A DNA stretch of 64,000 nt from Rhabdothermincola salaria. GTDB taxonomy: Bacteria; Actinomycetota; Acidimicrobiia; Acidimicrobiales; Acidimicrobilacustridaceae. The notes below the pieces were generated by a model, which worked only from the letters and a program-made list of their open reading frames with translations, had not been told where the DNA came from and did no database searches. A program made the translations under genes and the position numbers. The stretch spans positions 1,444,168 through 1,508,167 of the forward strand of contig NZ_JAJQXW010000001.1 of NCBI RefSeq assembly GCF_021246445.1, in the 5' to 3' direction. Positions 9,907-20,933 of this stretch are shown here, piece after piece (the stretch's first letter is position 1; each line of letters opens with the position of its first letter).

Positions 9907-12453
9907 TCAGTCCGTGGAGATGGCCGAGAGGATGTCGAGCCGGGCCGCCCGGCGAGCCGGCGGTATGGCGGCCACGACCCCGGCCAGCGCGGCGATCACC
10001 ACCACCACGACGAGGGTCCCCACCGGCAGGGTGAAGCTGGTGAAGCCCTGGCTGGCGAGGGCCTGCACCAACGCCCACCCGAAGACAGCACCGATCACGA
10101 GCCCCATCAGGGTGCCCAGCACGGCGATGATCACCGACTCCCATCGCACGGACGACCGCATCTGGCGACGGGTCATCCCGACGGCGCGCAGCAACCCGAG
10201 CTCGCGGGTGCGCTCGAAGACCGACAGCGCCAGCGTGTTGGCGATACCGATGAGGGCGATGACCACGGCCAGCAGCAACAGCACGTAGACGAGGTTCAGG
10301 AGCTGGTTGAGCTGGCCCACGATGGCGTCGGCGAACTCGGTCTTGTCCTGCAGGTCGGCGTTGGGGAAGGCGTCGGTGACGGTGGAGATGGCGGCCCGCC
10401 CGTCATCGAGCGACACTCCGTCGGCGAGAGCGACGAAGACGATGGCGTCGAGCAGGACCTCGTTGTTGGCGTCGTAGGTCGACAGGCCGGTGGCGTACTC
10501 GCCGAGCACCTCCTCCTGGCTGAAGAGAGCCACGATCCGCAACTGCTGCTCGCCGGTGGTCGGGTACACGACCGAGACGGTGTCGCCGAGCGCCCAGCCC
10601 TTGTCGTCGGCGGTCTGGTCGTACACGGCGATGGTGCCCTCATCGGCGAGGGCGGCGATGTCGCCCTCCTCCACGCCGATGTCGGCCACCCGGGCGAACT
10701 CCTCCGCGCCGAGGCCGGTGAGGAAGGTGCCGTTGCCGTCGACCTGGGCCACCCCGGTGCGCAGCTCGGCCACCGCCTCCACCTCCGGCAGCGCCCGGAT
10801 GTCGTCGGCCACGGTGGGGCTGAGCCCACCCTGGAACCCGGCGTTGGACTGCACGACGAAGTCGCTCACGAAGCCGTCGTCGACCGTCGCCCGGATGGAC
10901 GTCGACGCCGAGGCGGCCACGATCGTGATGAAGCCCACCAGGCCGACGCCGATCATCAGCGCCGCGGCCGTGGACGACGTGCGCTTCGGGTTGCGCATGG
11001 CGTTCTCGCGGGCCAGGTGGCCGGCGATGCCGCGCAGGTGGGGCAGCGGCCACCCGATGACGCGGGTCAGCGGGCCGGCGATCACCGGCCCGAGCACGGC
11101 CACGCCCATGAACGTGAGGGCGGCGCCGAGCCCGACGATGGCTGCTGCGTTGTCGACGTCGGCCCCGAGGCCGAGGGCCACCGCCCCACCGCCCAGGGCC
11201 AGCACGGCGACGCCGGCCACGGCCCGCAGGACCGAGCGGCCGGACTCGTCGTGGGCCACGTCGCGCAGGGCGGCGATGGGTGGCACCCGCGAGGCCCGAC
11301 GGGCCGGGAGCACCGCGGAGACGAGGGTGATGACCACCCCCACGACGATGGGCACGACGATGGCGTTGGGCTCCACGGTGAGGCCGTCGGCCGGGATGTC
11401 GATGCCCAACGAGGCGAACAGGTTGCGCAGACCGATCGCCACGCCCAGGCCGGCGAGCACACCCACGGCCGAGGCGACGAGGGCGGTCACGACGGCCTCG
11501 ATGAGCACCGAGGAGAGGACCTGTCGGCGGGCCGCCCCGATGGCCCGCAACAACGCCATCTCGCGGGTGCGTTGGGCCACGATGATCGAGAACGTGTTGT
11601 AGATGATGAACGCCCCGACGAAGAGGGCGATCAGGGCGAACGTCAACAAGAAGGTGTTGAAGAAGCCCAGCTGGTCGCGGGTGGTGGACTGCTGCTCCTC
11701 GGTGAGGTCGTCGCCGGTGATGGCCTCGAGGCCGGCGGGGAGCGCGGCGGCGACCCGCTCGGCCAGCTCAGCTTGGGCGATTCCCTCCTCGGCCGCCGCC
11801 AACACGCTGACCAACCGGCCCTCGAGGCCGAACAGCTCCTGGGCGGTGGGGAGAGCGAAGGCGGCGATCGAGGCACCGAGCGGGCTGTCGACGTTGCCGA
11901 ACCGGGCGATGCCGGCGACCGTGAACTCCTGGGACCCCGTTGCGGTGAGGACGGTGACCGGGTCGCCCACCCGGAAGTCCCCGGTGTCGGCGGACGCCTT
12001 GTCCATCACCACCTCGTCGGGCCCCGCCGGGGGACCGCCTTCGGCCAACCGCAGCGGGTTCAGCTCGGGGTCGTCACCCCAGGCGAAGCCCAGCGTCGGG
12101 GCGCCCTGGTTGGGGTTGCCGATGGCCTCCCCTTCCTTGTCGACGAACTGCGCGTAGCCACTCACGTCGCCCTCGGCCACCCGCACGCCGGGGACCGCCG
12201 CCACCTCGCCGAGCACCGACTCGTCGATGGTGCCGCGCTGCTCGCCGAAATCGGTCTCGACCACCTCGGCCGAGCGCACCACGACGTCGGTGCCGGCGTT
12301 GATGTCGGCGAAGAGCCCGTCGAACGTGGACCCGATGGTGGCGGTGAGCACCAGGGTGCCCGACATGAACGCCACCCCGAGCAGGATGGCGAGAGCCGTC
12401 GTGGCCAGGCGGACCTTGTGGGCGAGCAAGCCGCGGAGGGTGACGCGCAGCAT
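9907..12453 (-). CDS. FtsX/MacB-like ABC transporter permease (duplicated type)
   Basis: NTFSIIVAQRTREMALLRAIGA and NTLALSVFERTRELGLLRAVGM; about 848 aa, multi-TM. Confidence 0.9.
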   Translation of the reverse strand: MLRVTLRGLLAHKVRLATTALAILLGVAFMSGTLVLTATIGSTFDGLFADINAGTDVVVRSAEVVETDFGEQRGTIDESVLGEVAAVPGVRVAEGDVSGYAQFVDKEGEAIGNPNQGAPTLGFAWGDDPELNPLRLAEGGPPAGPDEVVMDKASADTGDFRVGDPVTVLTATGSQEFTVAGIARFGNVDSPLGASIAAFALPTAQELFGLEGRLVSVLAAAEEGIAQAELAERVAAALPAGLEAITGDDLTEEQQSTTRDQLGFFNTFLLTFALIALFVGAFIIYNTFSIIVAQRTREMALLRAIGAARRQVLSSVLIEAVVTALVASAVGVLAGLGVAIGLRNLFASLGIDIPADGLTVEPNAIVVPIVVGVVITLVSAVLPARRASRVPPIAALRDVAHDESGRSVLRAVAGVAVLALGGGAVALGLGADVDNAAAIVGLGAALTFMGVAVLGPVIAGPLTRVIGWPLPHLRGIAGHLARENAMRNPKRTSSTAAALMIGVGLVGFITIVAASASTSIRATVDDGFVSDFVVQSNAGFQGGLSPTVADDIRALPEVEAVAELRTGVAQVDGNGTFLTGLGAEEFARVADIGVEEGDIAALADEGTIAVYDQTADDKGWALGDTVSVVYPTTGEQQLRIVALFSQEEVLGEYATGLSTYDANNEVLLDAIVFVALADGVSLDDGRAAISTVTDAFPNADLQDKTEFADAIVGQLNQLLNLVYVLLLLAVVIALIGIANTLALSVFERTRELGLLRAVGMTRRQMRSSVRWESVIIAVLGTLMGLVIGAVFGWALVQALASQGFTSFTLPVGTLVVVVVIAALAGVVAAIPPARRAARLDILSAISTD

Positions 12454-12608
12454 GGGATCTCCGGTTCCAGGGGGCAGGGGGGCAGGCGAGGATCGGTCTC
12501 AGCCTTGCACCGATGGCCGCGCCCGGCATCCGGTTTCGCCGGCACCGAACCGCATCCCGGCCCTGCGACCGTGGTACGAGTATCCGACCCCGACGTAGGA
12601 CCGGACCC

Positions 12609-14519
12609 ATGGACGACAACAGCATCCTCATCGGACTGGGCACGATCGTCGTGCTCGGGATCGGCATGCAGTGGCTGTCGCGACGCATCCGCCTGCCCGC
12701 CATCTTGTTGCTCCTGGGCGCCGGGCTGGTGGCCGGGCCCGGGCTCGATCTGGTGAAGCCCGACGAGATCTTCGGCGACGCCCTGTTCCCCGTGGTCTCG
12801 CTGGCGGTGGGCCTGTTGCTGTTCGAAGGTGGCCTCGGGCTCGACATCGCCGAGCTCCGGGCCCACGGGCCCAAGCCGGTGGTGCGCCTGGTCACCGTGG
12901 GCGTGGCCATCACGGCCGTGGCGCTCGCCCTGGTGTCGATGCCCCTGTTCTCGCTGCCGGCGGGCGAGGCGGCCCTGCTCGGCGCCCTGCTCGTGGTGAG
13001 CGGGCCCACCGTCGTGGGGCCGTTGCTGAAGCTGGCCCGTCCCCGACCGCCGTCGTCGACGATCCTGCGCTGGGAGGGCATCGTCATCGACCCCATCGGC
13101 GCCACGCTGGCCCTCATCGTGCTCCAGGTGGTGCTCGGCGGCGACGAGCCCCTCGTGCGCCTGGTCGTGACCATCGCCGCCGGCATGGGCGCCGGACTCG
13201 CCGGCGCAATGGTGTTGATCGCCGCTCTCCGCCGCTTCGCCGTGCCCGACGAGTTGGAGCTGGCGGTCACCTTCATGGTGGTCATCGCCTCGTACACGGT
13301 GGCCGAGGCGATCGCCTCGGAATCCGGGCTGTTCGCCACCACGGCATTCGGCGTGCTGCTCGCCAACCAGCGCTACGTGCAGGTCAGGCGCATCACCGCG
13401 TTCAACGAGAACATCGGCATCATCCTGCTCGGGGGGCTCTTCATCGTCCTGGCCGCCCGCACCCAGGTCGACCAGCTCCTCCACCTGCTGTTGCCGTCGC
13501 TGGGGCTGGTCGCCTTCGCCGTGGTGGTCGTGCGCCCGTTCGTCACCTGGCTCTGCACCGCGGGAACCGCCATGCGGATGCCCGATCGCATCTTCATCGG
13601 TGCGATGGCCCCCCGGGGCATCGTGGCCGCCGCCACCTCCGCCCTGTTCAGCCTGAAGCTCGCCGATGCCGGCGTCACCGACGAGGGCAGCCAGGACCTG
13701 GCGTCGATCGTGTTCCTCGTCATCGTGGGCACCTGCCTCGTCTACGGGGTCACCGCGGCCCCCCTCGCCCGACGCATCGGGGTGGCGCTGCCCGACCCCA
13801 ACGGCGTGCTGCTCGTGGGCAGCCCCCCGTGGTTGCTCTCCTTGGCCGACCGGCTGAGCGAGCACGACGTCGACGTCTCGGTCGTGGCGACCAACCGCTA
13901 CGAGCTGGCCGGGCGCAGCCACCCCTGGAAGCTCTTCACCGCCCCGATGATGTCGGCGCGGGTCGATCCGGCGTTCGCCGGCGTGCACTCGGCGGTGATC
14001 GCCGCACTCGACGACGAGCACAACGCCGTGGCCCTGGCCCGCGCGCTCGAGGACCTGTCCCGGTCCGACGTCTTCGTGCTGCCGGCCTCGCAGCGCCCGG
14101 CCACCCTCCAGCAGCCGAGGACCCGATGGGGTCGCATCGCCGGCCGCATCGCCGGCCCCCTCCCCCAGGCGGCCACCGGCCCCACGTCCGCCGTCGGCCT
14201 CGGCGGCGACGGCGGCCCGGGGATGGGCCCGGTCGAGGGGGACGAGGAGCTGGTCGAGGTGGCCCCGGCCGCCACGTGGACCCGGCGGCCGTTCGCCCAC
14301 GGGGTCACCCAGCGCCAGCTGGCGCAGGCCTTCGAGGAGCACGGTGCCGTGCGGGCCATCGAGATCGACGCCGACGCCACCGACGCCAGGGCCGTCGAGG
14401 CCGTGCCCGAGGGCGTCATCCTGCTCTGCGTGCTACACAGCAGCGGTCGCCTCGACCTGGCCCCCAGGCGAGCCACGGTGGGCCCCGGCGACACCGTGTT
14501 CGTCCTCGGCGAGGGGTAG
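12609..14519 (+). CDS. CPA1 cation:proton antiporter with degenerate C-terminal regulatory domain
   Basis: LLLFEGGL, VSGPTVVGP, LRWEGIVIDPIG, APRGIVAAA. Confidence 0.85.
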   Translation: MDDNSILIGLGTIVVLGIGMQWLSRRIRLPAILLLLGAGLVAGPGLDLVKPDEIFGDALFPVVSLAVGLLLFEGGLGLDIAELRAHGPKPVVRLVTVGVAITAVALALVSMPLFSLPAGEAALLGALLVVSGPTVVGPLLKLARPRPPSSTILRWEGIVIDPIGATLALIVLQVVLGGDEPLVRLVVTIAAGMGAGLAGAMVLIAALRRFAVPDELELAVTFMVVIASYTVAEAIASESGLFATTAFGVLLANQRYVQVRRITAFNENIGIILLGGLFIVLAARTQVDQLLHLLLPSLGLVAFAVVVVRPFVTWLCTAGTAMRMPDRIFIGAMAPRGIVAAATSALFSLKLADAGVTDEGSQDLASIVFLVIVGTCLVYGVTAAPLARRIGVALPDPNGVLLVGSPPWLLSLADRLSEHDVDVSVVATNRYELAGRSHPWKLFTAPMMSARVDPAFAGVHSAVIAALDDEHNAVALARALEDLSRSDVFVLPASQRPATLQQPRTRWGRIAGRIAGPLPQAATGPTSAVGLGGDGGPGMGPVEGDEELVEVAPAATWTRRPFAHGVTQRQLAQAFEEHGAVRAIEIDADATDARAVEAVPEGVILLCVLHSSGRLDLAPRRATVGPGDTVFVLGEG

Positions 14520-14570
14520 CGGCCGGGCCACGGCGGGCCGGGGACCTCGGCCTTCGTCGTCGACCCTGGG

Positions 14571-15020
14571 TCAGCGGTCGTCGGCGTCGGCGTCCTCGGC
14601 GGCGATCGAGCGGCCCATCACCGGCGACCCGTGGTGGGCCAGCATCCGCCATCGCCCCTCGGGGTCGCGGGCGAAGAGGTTGAGCACCGCCACGGTGGCC
14701 CCACCGTCGTCGCCGAGGAGGTTCTCGTCGCAGGTCACCCAGGCGACGTCGCCGGCCACCACCACCTCTTCGTCGGTGACGATGAACTGCAGCCGTTGCG
14801 GACCGTCGAACAGCGCCGCCCAGCTGGCGGCCACCTGACCCCAGCCGCGCAGGGTGACCCACCCGGGGTGGACGCAGGTGACCTCGGCGTCGTGCGCCCA
14901 CAGGTCCGACATGGCATCGAGGTCGCGGGCCTCGAAGGCGGCGTAGAAGGTGCGGTTGGCCTCACGCACCGCCGCGGTGTCGGCGGCCCGGTCGGGCGAG
15001 GGTCCGTCGGGCTGGGCCAC
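14571..15020 (-). CDS. SnoaL/NTF2-like protein
   Basis: ANRTFYAAFEARDLDAM, CVHPGW, WRMLAHHGS; start set at GTG 15020, 7 nt after TACCGT. Confidence 0.8.
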   Translation of the reverse strand: MAQPDGPSPDRAADTAAVREANRTFYAAFEARDLDAMSDLWAHDAEVTCVHPGWVTLRGWGQVAASWAALFDGPQRLQFIVTDEEVVVAGDVAWVTCDENLLGDDGGATVAVLNLFARDPEGRWRMLAHHGSPVMGRSIAAEDADADDR

Positions 15021-15077
15021 GACGTGCACGGTACAAGCGCTCCGGGCAGGCCCGGGCCGTCCGGGGTCACGGACCGG

Positions 15078-15099
15078 TGTCGCGAGGGGTGCCTACCCT
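15078..15099 (+). promoter_or_regulatory. PafBC-type (RecA-NDp) DNA-damage promoter candidate
   Basis: TGTCGC-N10-TACCCT, then 6 nt to ATG; known consensus TGTCGG-N10-TA-N3-T. Confidence 0.65.
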
Positions 15100-15105
15100 G
15101 GGACC

Positions 15106-15984
15106 ATGCCGTTGGAGCTGCCCACCTCGCTGTCGCCGTCGAAGGTCTCGTCCTTCACCGAGTGCGCGCTCGCCTTCCGCTTCTCGGCGATCGATCGCCT
15201 CCCCGACCCGCCCACCGTGGCCACCGTGCGAGGCACCCTCGTCCACGCCGCCCTCGAGCGCCTCATGCTCCTCCCACCCGAGCAGCGGGTCCCGTCGGCC
15301 GGTCAAGCGTGCCTGGCCGAGGCGTGGGCGGCGGCCGACGACGACCCGGAGCTGGTCGCCCTCGACCTCGACGACGCAGGACGGGCCGGCCTCGTCGCCG
15401 ACGCCGAGGCCCTGATCGAGCGGTACTTCTCCCTCGAGGACCCCACCACGGTCACCCCCATCGGTCTCGAGCTCAAGATGGAGACCGACATCGACGGCCT
15501 GCGCCTGCGCGGCATCATCGACCGCCTCGAGCTCGACGCCGACGGTGAGCTGGTCGTCACCGACTACAAGACCGGGCGGGCCCCCAACCAGAACTTCGAG
15601 CAGTCGCGGCTCGGAGGCGTCCACTTCTACGCCTTCCTGTGCGAGCAGGTCCTCGGGCGCCGGCCGGCTCGCGTCCAGCTGCTCTACCTCGCCGACCCGG
15701 TGGCCATCGTCACCGTGCCCACCGAGCAGTCCATCCGAGGCCTGCAGCGCAAGGTACGCGCCATCTGGACCGCCATCGAGCGGGCGTGCGAGAAGGAGAA
15801 CTTCGCCCCCCGCACCTCCCGTCTGTGCGACTACTGCGCCTACAAGGCCTACTGCCCGTCGTTCGGGGGCAGCATCGCCGAGGCCGAGCGCGTGGCCGGC
15901 GAGCTCGCCGCCCAGGCCGAGCTCGGCACGGCCCACGCCACCGACGGGGCCGCCGTCGCGGTGCCCGTAGCATCGGCCGGGTGA
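15106..15984 (+). CDS. RecB-family PD-(D/E)XK nuclease with Fe-S cysteines (Rv2119-like)
   Basis: LSPSK..F..C, RGTLVHAALE, RGIIDRL, DYKTG, CDYCAYKAYCP. Confidence 0.88.
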   Translation: MPLELPTSLSPSKVSSFTECALAFRFSAIDRLPDPPTVATVRGTLVHAALERLMLLPPEQRVPSAGQACLAEAWAAADDDPELVALDLDDAGRAGLVADAEALIERYFSLEDPTTVTPIGLELKMETDIDGLRLRGIIDRLELDADGELVVTDYKTGRAPNQNFEQSRLGGVHFYAFLCEQVLGRRPARVQLLYLADPVAIVTVPTEQSIRGLQRKVRAIWTAIERACEKENFAPRTSRLCDYCAYKAYCPSFGGSIAEAERVAGELAAQAELGTAHATDGAAVAVPVASAG

Positions 15985-16673
15985 CCGACACCGAGGCGTC
16001 GCCGACCGACGCAGACCCCACCGACGACCCGGCCGAGGAGACCTTGCCCCCCGAGGGGCTGATCGACGCCACCATCGAGGCCATCGAGACGACGCACCCC
16101 TCGATCCCGCTGCCCTCGCACTCCGTCGATCCCCCCCACCGGCTCTCACCCGTCCAGCGCTTCGACGACGCCGTCGACCAGGCCTTCGATCGCGTCCGGG
16201 GCACCGAGCCGGCGGACCGCATCATGTACGCCCTCACCGAGCTCGGCGACTTCGGCCTGATCTGGGTCCTGCTCGGTTTCACCCGGGGTCTGCGCTCCGA
16301 TGCCGATGCCACCGCGGCGTGGCGCCTCGCGGCCGCCCTGGGGGTCGAGTCCGTGCTCCTGAACGGCCTCATCAAGAGCCAGTTCAAGCGGGAGCGTCCG
16401 GTGGCCCAGGAACCGCGGCCCTACAAGATGCGGATCCCGCTCACCACCTCGTTCCCCAGCGGCCACTCGAGCACCGCCATGTTGGCGTCGCTGCTGCTCA
16501 CCCAACACTCCCCACGCTCGGTGAAGCCCTTCTACTTCGGACTGGCCGCGCTGGTGGCCGCCAGCCGGGTGCACGTGCGCATCCACCACGCCTCCGACGT
16601 CGTCGGCGGGGTGGCCGTGGGCACGGTGTTCGGCCTCGTGGCCCGCAGGGTCTGGCCGCTCAAGAAGACCTGA
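15981..16673 (+). CDS. PAP2-family phosphatase
   Basis: KSQFKRERP, SFPSGH, SRVHVRIHHASDV; GTGA overlap. Confidence 0.9.
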   Translation: MTDTEASPTDADPTDDPAEETLPPEGLIDATIEAIETTHPSIPLPSHSVDPPHRLSPVQRFDDAVDQAFDRVRGTEPADRIMYALTELGDFGLIWVLLGFTRGLRSDADATAAWRLAAALGVESVLLNGLIKSQFKRERPVAQEPRPYKMRIPLTTSFPSGHSSTAMLASLLLTQHSPRSVKPFYFGLAALVAASRVHVRIHHASDVVGGVAVGTVFGLVARRVWPLKKT

Positions 16674-16779
16674 CACCCGCCGTGCCCCTTCTGCTCCCGG
16701 GCGCCGCACCCCCACGAGCCCGACGGGCGTTGCCCACCCCACCGGAATATCCGCCCCCCGACCAAGGGTTCGCCCCACC

Positions 16780-17379
16780 GTGCCTCTGACCTTCTCGCTC
16801 ACCTGGGACTACCGCTGCCCCTTCGCCCGCATCGTGCACCGCCACGTCGTCGACGCCCTCCTCGACGGCGCCGACTGGGACGTCACCTTCGTGCCCTTCT
16901 GCCTCGGCCAGGTCCACGTCGAGCCCGGCGAGGTGCCCATCTGGGATCGACCCGACGACGACACCGGCCTGCTCGCCCTGCAGGCCGCGGTCGTCGTGCG
17001 CGACCAGGATCCCGATCGCTTCTGGCCGCTGCATCGCCGCCTGTTCGAGGCCCGCCACGCCGAAGGTGCCCAGCTGCGCGACGAGGCCGTGCTGCGCCAA
17101 CTGCTCGCGGCCGAAGGGGTCGATGCCGACGCCGTCTTCACCGAGGTCGCCACCGGACGTCCCCTGACCACCGTGCGCGCCGAACACGAGGCGGCCGCCC
17201 GCGACCTCGACGTGTGGGGGGTCCCCACGTTCATGGCCGGCGGTCGCGCCGCGTTCGTCCGGCTGATGGACCTGCCCCACGACGCCGCCGATGCTCGACG
17301 TAGCGTCGAGCAGTGCGTCACCATGCTCACGGACTGGCCGGCGCTCAACGAGTTCAAGCACACCAGCCTCGACCGCTGA
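16780..17379 (+). CDS. DsbA/thioredoxin-fold protein
   Basis: WDYRCPFAR active-site loop and cis-Pro loop VWGVPTF. Confidence 0.75.
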   Translation: MPLTFSLTWDYRCPFARIVHRHVVDALLDGADWDVTFVPFCLGQVHVEPGEVPIWDRPDDDTGLLALQAAVVVRDQDPDRFWPLHRRLFEARHAEGAQLRDEAVLRQLLAAEGVDADAVFTEVATGRPLTTVRAEHEAAARDLDVWGVPTFMAGGRAAFVRLMDLPHDAADARRSVEQCVTMLTDWPALNEFKHTSLDR

Positions 17380-17389
17380 CCGGGACGAG

Positions 17390-17415
17390 CACCGAACACC
17401 GAACACCGAACACCG
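17390..17415 (+). repeat. Heptamer tandem repeat (CACCGAA)x3.7, intergenic
   Basis: CACCGAA CACCGAA CACCGAA CACCG. Confidence 0.85.
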
Positions 17416-17459
17416 CCCAGCAGCATCGGGCACCCCTGCGCAGCACTGACGGAGCGGAC

Positions 17460-18842
17460 ATGGCGACCGGTTGGATGAGCGACGTCGAAGCGCTGATGTG
17501 GAACGTCGAGCGCGACCCGTACCTGGACCCCACGTTCGGCAGCCTCACCCTCCTCGAGTCGATGCCCGACGTCGACCACCTGCGCGGCCGCCTCCTGCGC
17601 ATGGTCGACAACCACCCCCGCTTCGGCCAACGAGTCGTGGCGCCGGCCGGTCGCCTCACCCCGCCGGCCTGGTGCGACGACCCCGAGTTCGACATCGACC
17701 ACCACCTGCGTGTGCTCCGCCTCCCTGCGCCGGGCACCCACCGCCAGCTGCTCGACCTGGCCACCAGGCTGGTGCAGGACCCTCTCGATCGGCGGCGACC
17801 GCTGTGGGAGTTCGTGGTGATCGACGGGCTGGCCGACGGCGGCGGCGCGCTGGTGCAGAAGATCCACCACACGATCACCGACGGCGAAGGGGTGCTGCGC
17901 ATCGCCGCCGAGTTCCTCGACACCGGCCCCGAGCTGCCCGACCTCGGTGAGCCGACCTCGCTCGGTCCTCGCCCCGGACCTCCGACGAGCCCGGTCGCCC
18001 TCGTAGCCGACGCGGCGGCGTTCGCCGCTCGTCGGGCGGTGACGGTGGGCCGCCACATCGCCGGCGAGGCGGTCGGGTTGGCCGCCCATCCCACCCGGGT
18101 GCCGGCAACGCTGACGACCACCGTCGCCACCACCAGGTCGGTGCTCGACCAGCTCACGATCACCGATCGCTCCCTGTCGCCGCTGTGGACCGGCCGCACC
18201 CTGCGGCGACGCCTCGACGGGGTCGACCTCCCGCTCTCGTCCCTGCAGGCCAGCGCCCGAGCCCTGGGCGGGAGCGTCAACGACGCCTTCGTCACCGGCC
18301 TGGCCGGCGCCATCGCCGAGGTGCATCGCGAGGCGGGGCACCCCGTGGAGGCCCTGCGCATGGCCATGCCGGTCAGCGTGCGCAGTCGCGGGGCGTCCGG
18401 AGGCAACGCCTTCGTGCCGGCCCGCGTGGTCCTCCCGGTCGGCGACGAGGACCCGCGCACGCGGTTCCGGGCCGTGCACGCCGTGCTCGAGCGGGTCAAG
18501 CGGGAGCCCGTGCTGGGCGTGGTCGACGAGCTGGCCATGGTGGCCAACCTGGTGCCCGTGACCGTGATGACCCGCGTCACCCGCGAGCAGGCCCGAGCCG
18601 TCGATTTCGCCGCGTCCAACGTGCGGGGGGCGCCGGTGCCGGTGTGGCTGGCCGGCGCTCGGGTGCTGGCCGACTACCCCATCGGGCCTCTCACCGCCGC
18701 CGCCCTCAACGTGACGCTGCTCTCCTATGCCGGCACCTGCCACCTCGGCATCCACAGCGACGCCGGGGCCATCACCGACCCGGACCGCTTCGTGGCCCTC
18801 ATCGAGGCCAGTTTCGCCGACCTCTTCGCGGCCAGCGCGTAG
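17460..18842 (+). CDS. Wax ester synthase / diacylglycerol acyltransferase (WS/DGAT)
   Basis: LDRRRPLWE, HHTITDG catalytic motif, SVNDAF, SNVRG. Confidence 0.9.
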   Translation: MATGWMSDVEALMWNVERDPYLDPTFGSLTLLESMPDVDHLRGRLLRMVDNHPRFGQRVVAPAGRLTPPAWCDDPEFDIDHHLRVLRLPAPGTHRQLLDLATRLVQDPLDRRRPLWEFVVIDGLADGGGALVQKIHHTITDGEGVLRIAAEFLDTGPELPDLGEPTSLGPRPGPPTSPVALVADAAAFAARRAVTVGRHIAGEAVGLAAHPTRVPATLTTTVATTRSVLDQLTITDRSLSPLWTGRTLRRRLDGVDLPLSSLQASARALGGSVNDAFVTGLAGAIAEVHREAGHPVEALRMAMPVSVRSRGASGGNAFVPARVVLPVGDEDPRTRFRAVHAVLERVKREPVLGVVDELAMVANLVPVTVMTRVTREQARAVDFAASNVRGAPVPVWLAGARVLADYPIGPLTAAALNVTLLSYAGTCHLGIHSDAGAITDPDRFVALIEASFADLFAASA

Positions 18843-18889
18843 CCGCGGCCGGGGTCACACCCACCGGTCGCGAAGATGGTGCGCCCCAA

Positions 18890-18927
18890 CGACGAGGGGC
18901 ACGGCCGCGCGGCCGTGCCCCTCGTCG
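18890..18927. terminator. Perfect 38-bp palindrome between convergent genes
   Basis: CGACGAGGGGCACGGCCGC|GCGGCCGTGCCCCTCGTCG, exact reverse complements. Confidence 0.7.
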
Positions 18928-18962
18928 CAGTCATCCGTGCCGGCCGTGGCGACCGGCCCTGG

Positions 18963-19133
18963 TCAGTTCTGGGCCAGGACCGAACCCTCGGTGGTGAGCA
19001 GGGTGCGGACGTCGAGCAGGAGGTCGGAGACCTCGTCGGTGCTCACGAGCTCACGATGCAGCATCTCGCCGAGAGCCCGGTCGATGATCGACAGGGCCTC
19101 GTTGATGGTGTCCTGCTCGTGGGTTTCGGTCAT
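18963..19133 (-). CDS. Small acidic helical hypothetical protein (56 aa)
   Basis: SD AGGAG 5 nt before ATG; MTETHEQDTINEALSIIDRAL... Confidence 0.7.
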   Translation of the reverse strand: MTETHEQDTINEALSIIDRALGEMLHRELVSTDEVSDLLLDVRTLLTTEGSVLAQN

Positions 19134-19434
19134 GGTTTCTCCTGTCGTGGCCGGCGAGCCGGCTGGCGCTGGTCGGAGAGCCCGGGGGCCCGGGGACTGC
19201 TGGTCGTGCATGGTGTCGGGGACGATGTCGACCCCGAAGGATCTACCCGGGAGCCGAGGCACCGCTACCAAGGTTGTCGGCACCGTGACCTCCGGACTTC
19301 ACCCATGGTAGGCGGGTGGGTGTGACAGGCGGGTTTCAGGACGCGCATTTTCCGAGAGACGATCACGGGTCCCCCGCCGGCCGACCGCCGGGCGACGCCG
19401 CAGCCCTCCGCCCGGGCCGTAGGATCGACCCCTC

Positions 19435-20916
<1,482 letters not shown>

Positions 20917-20933
20917 CTCGGTACCCTTCGGCC

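Noticed and set aside
15106..15984. Cas4 call for the Fe-S nuclease
   Set aside because: No cas1, cas2 or array nearby; it fits a stand-alone RecB-family nuclease.
17390..17415. CACCGAA repeat as SOS half-sites
   Set aside because: All CGAAC copies are direct with no inverted GTTCG partner; it is a simple minisatellite.
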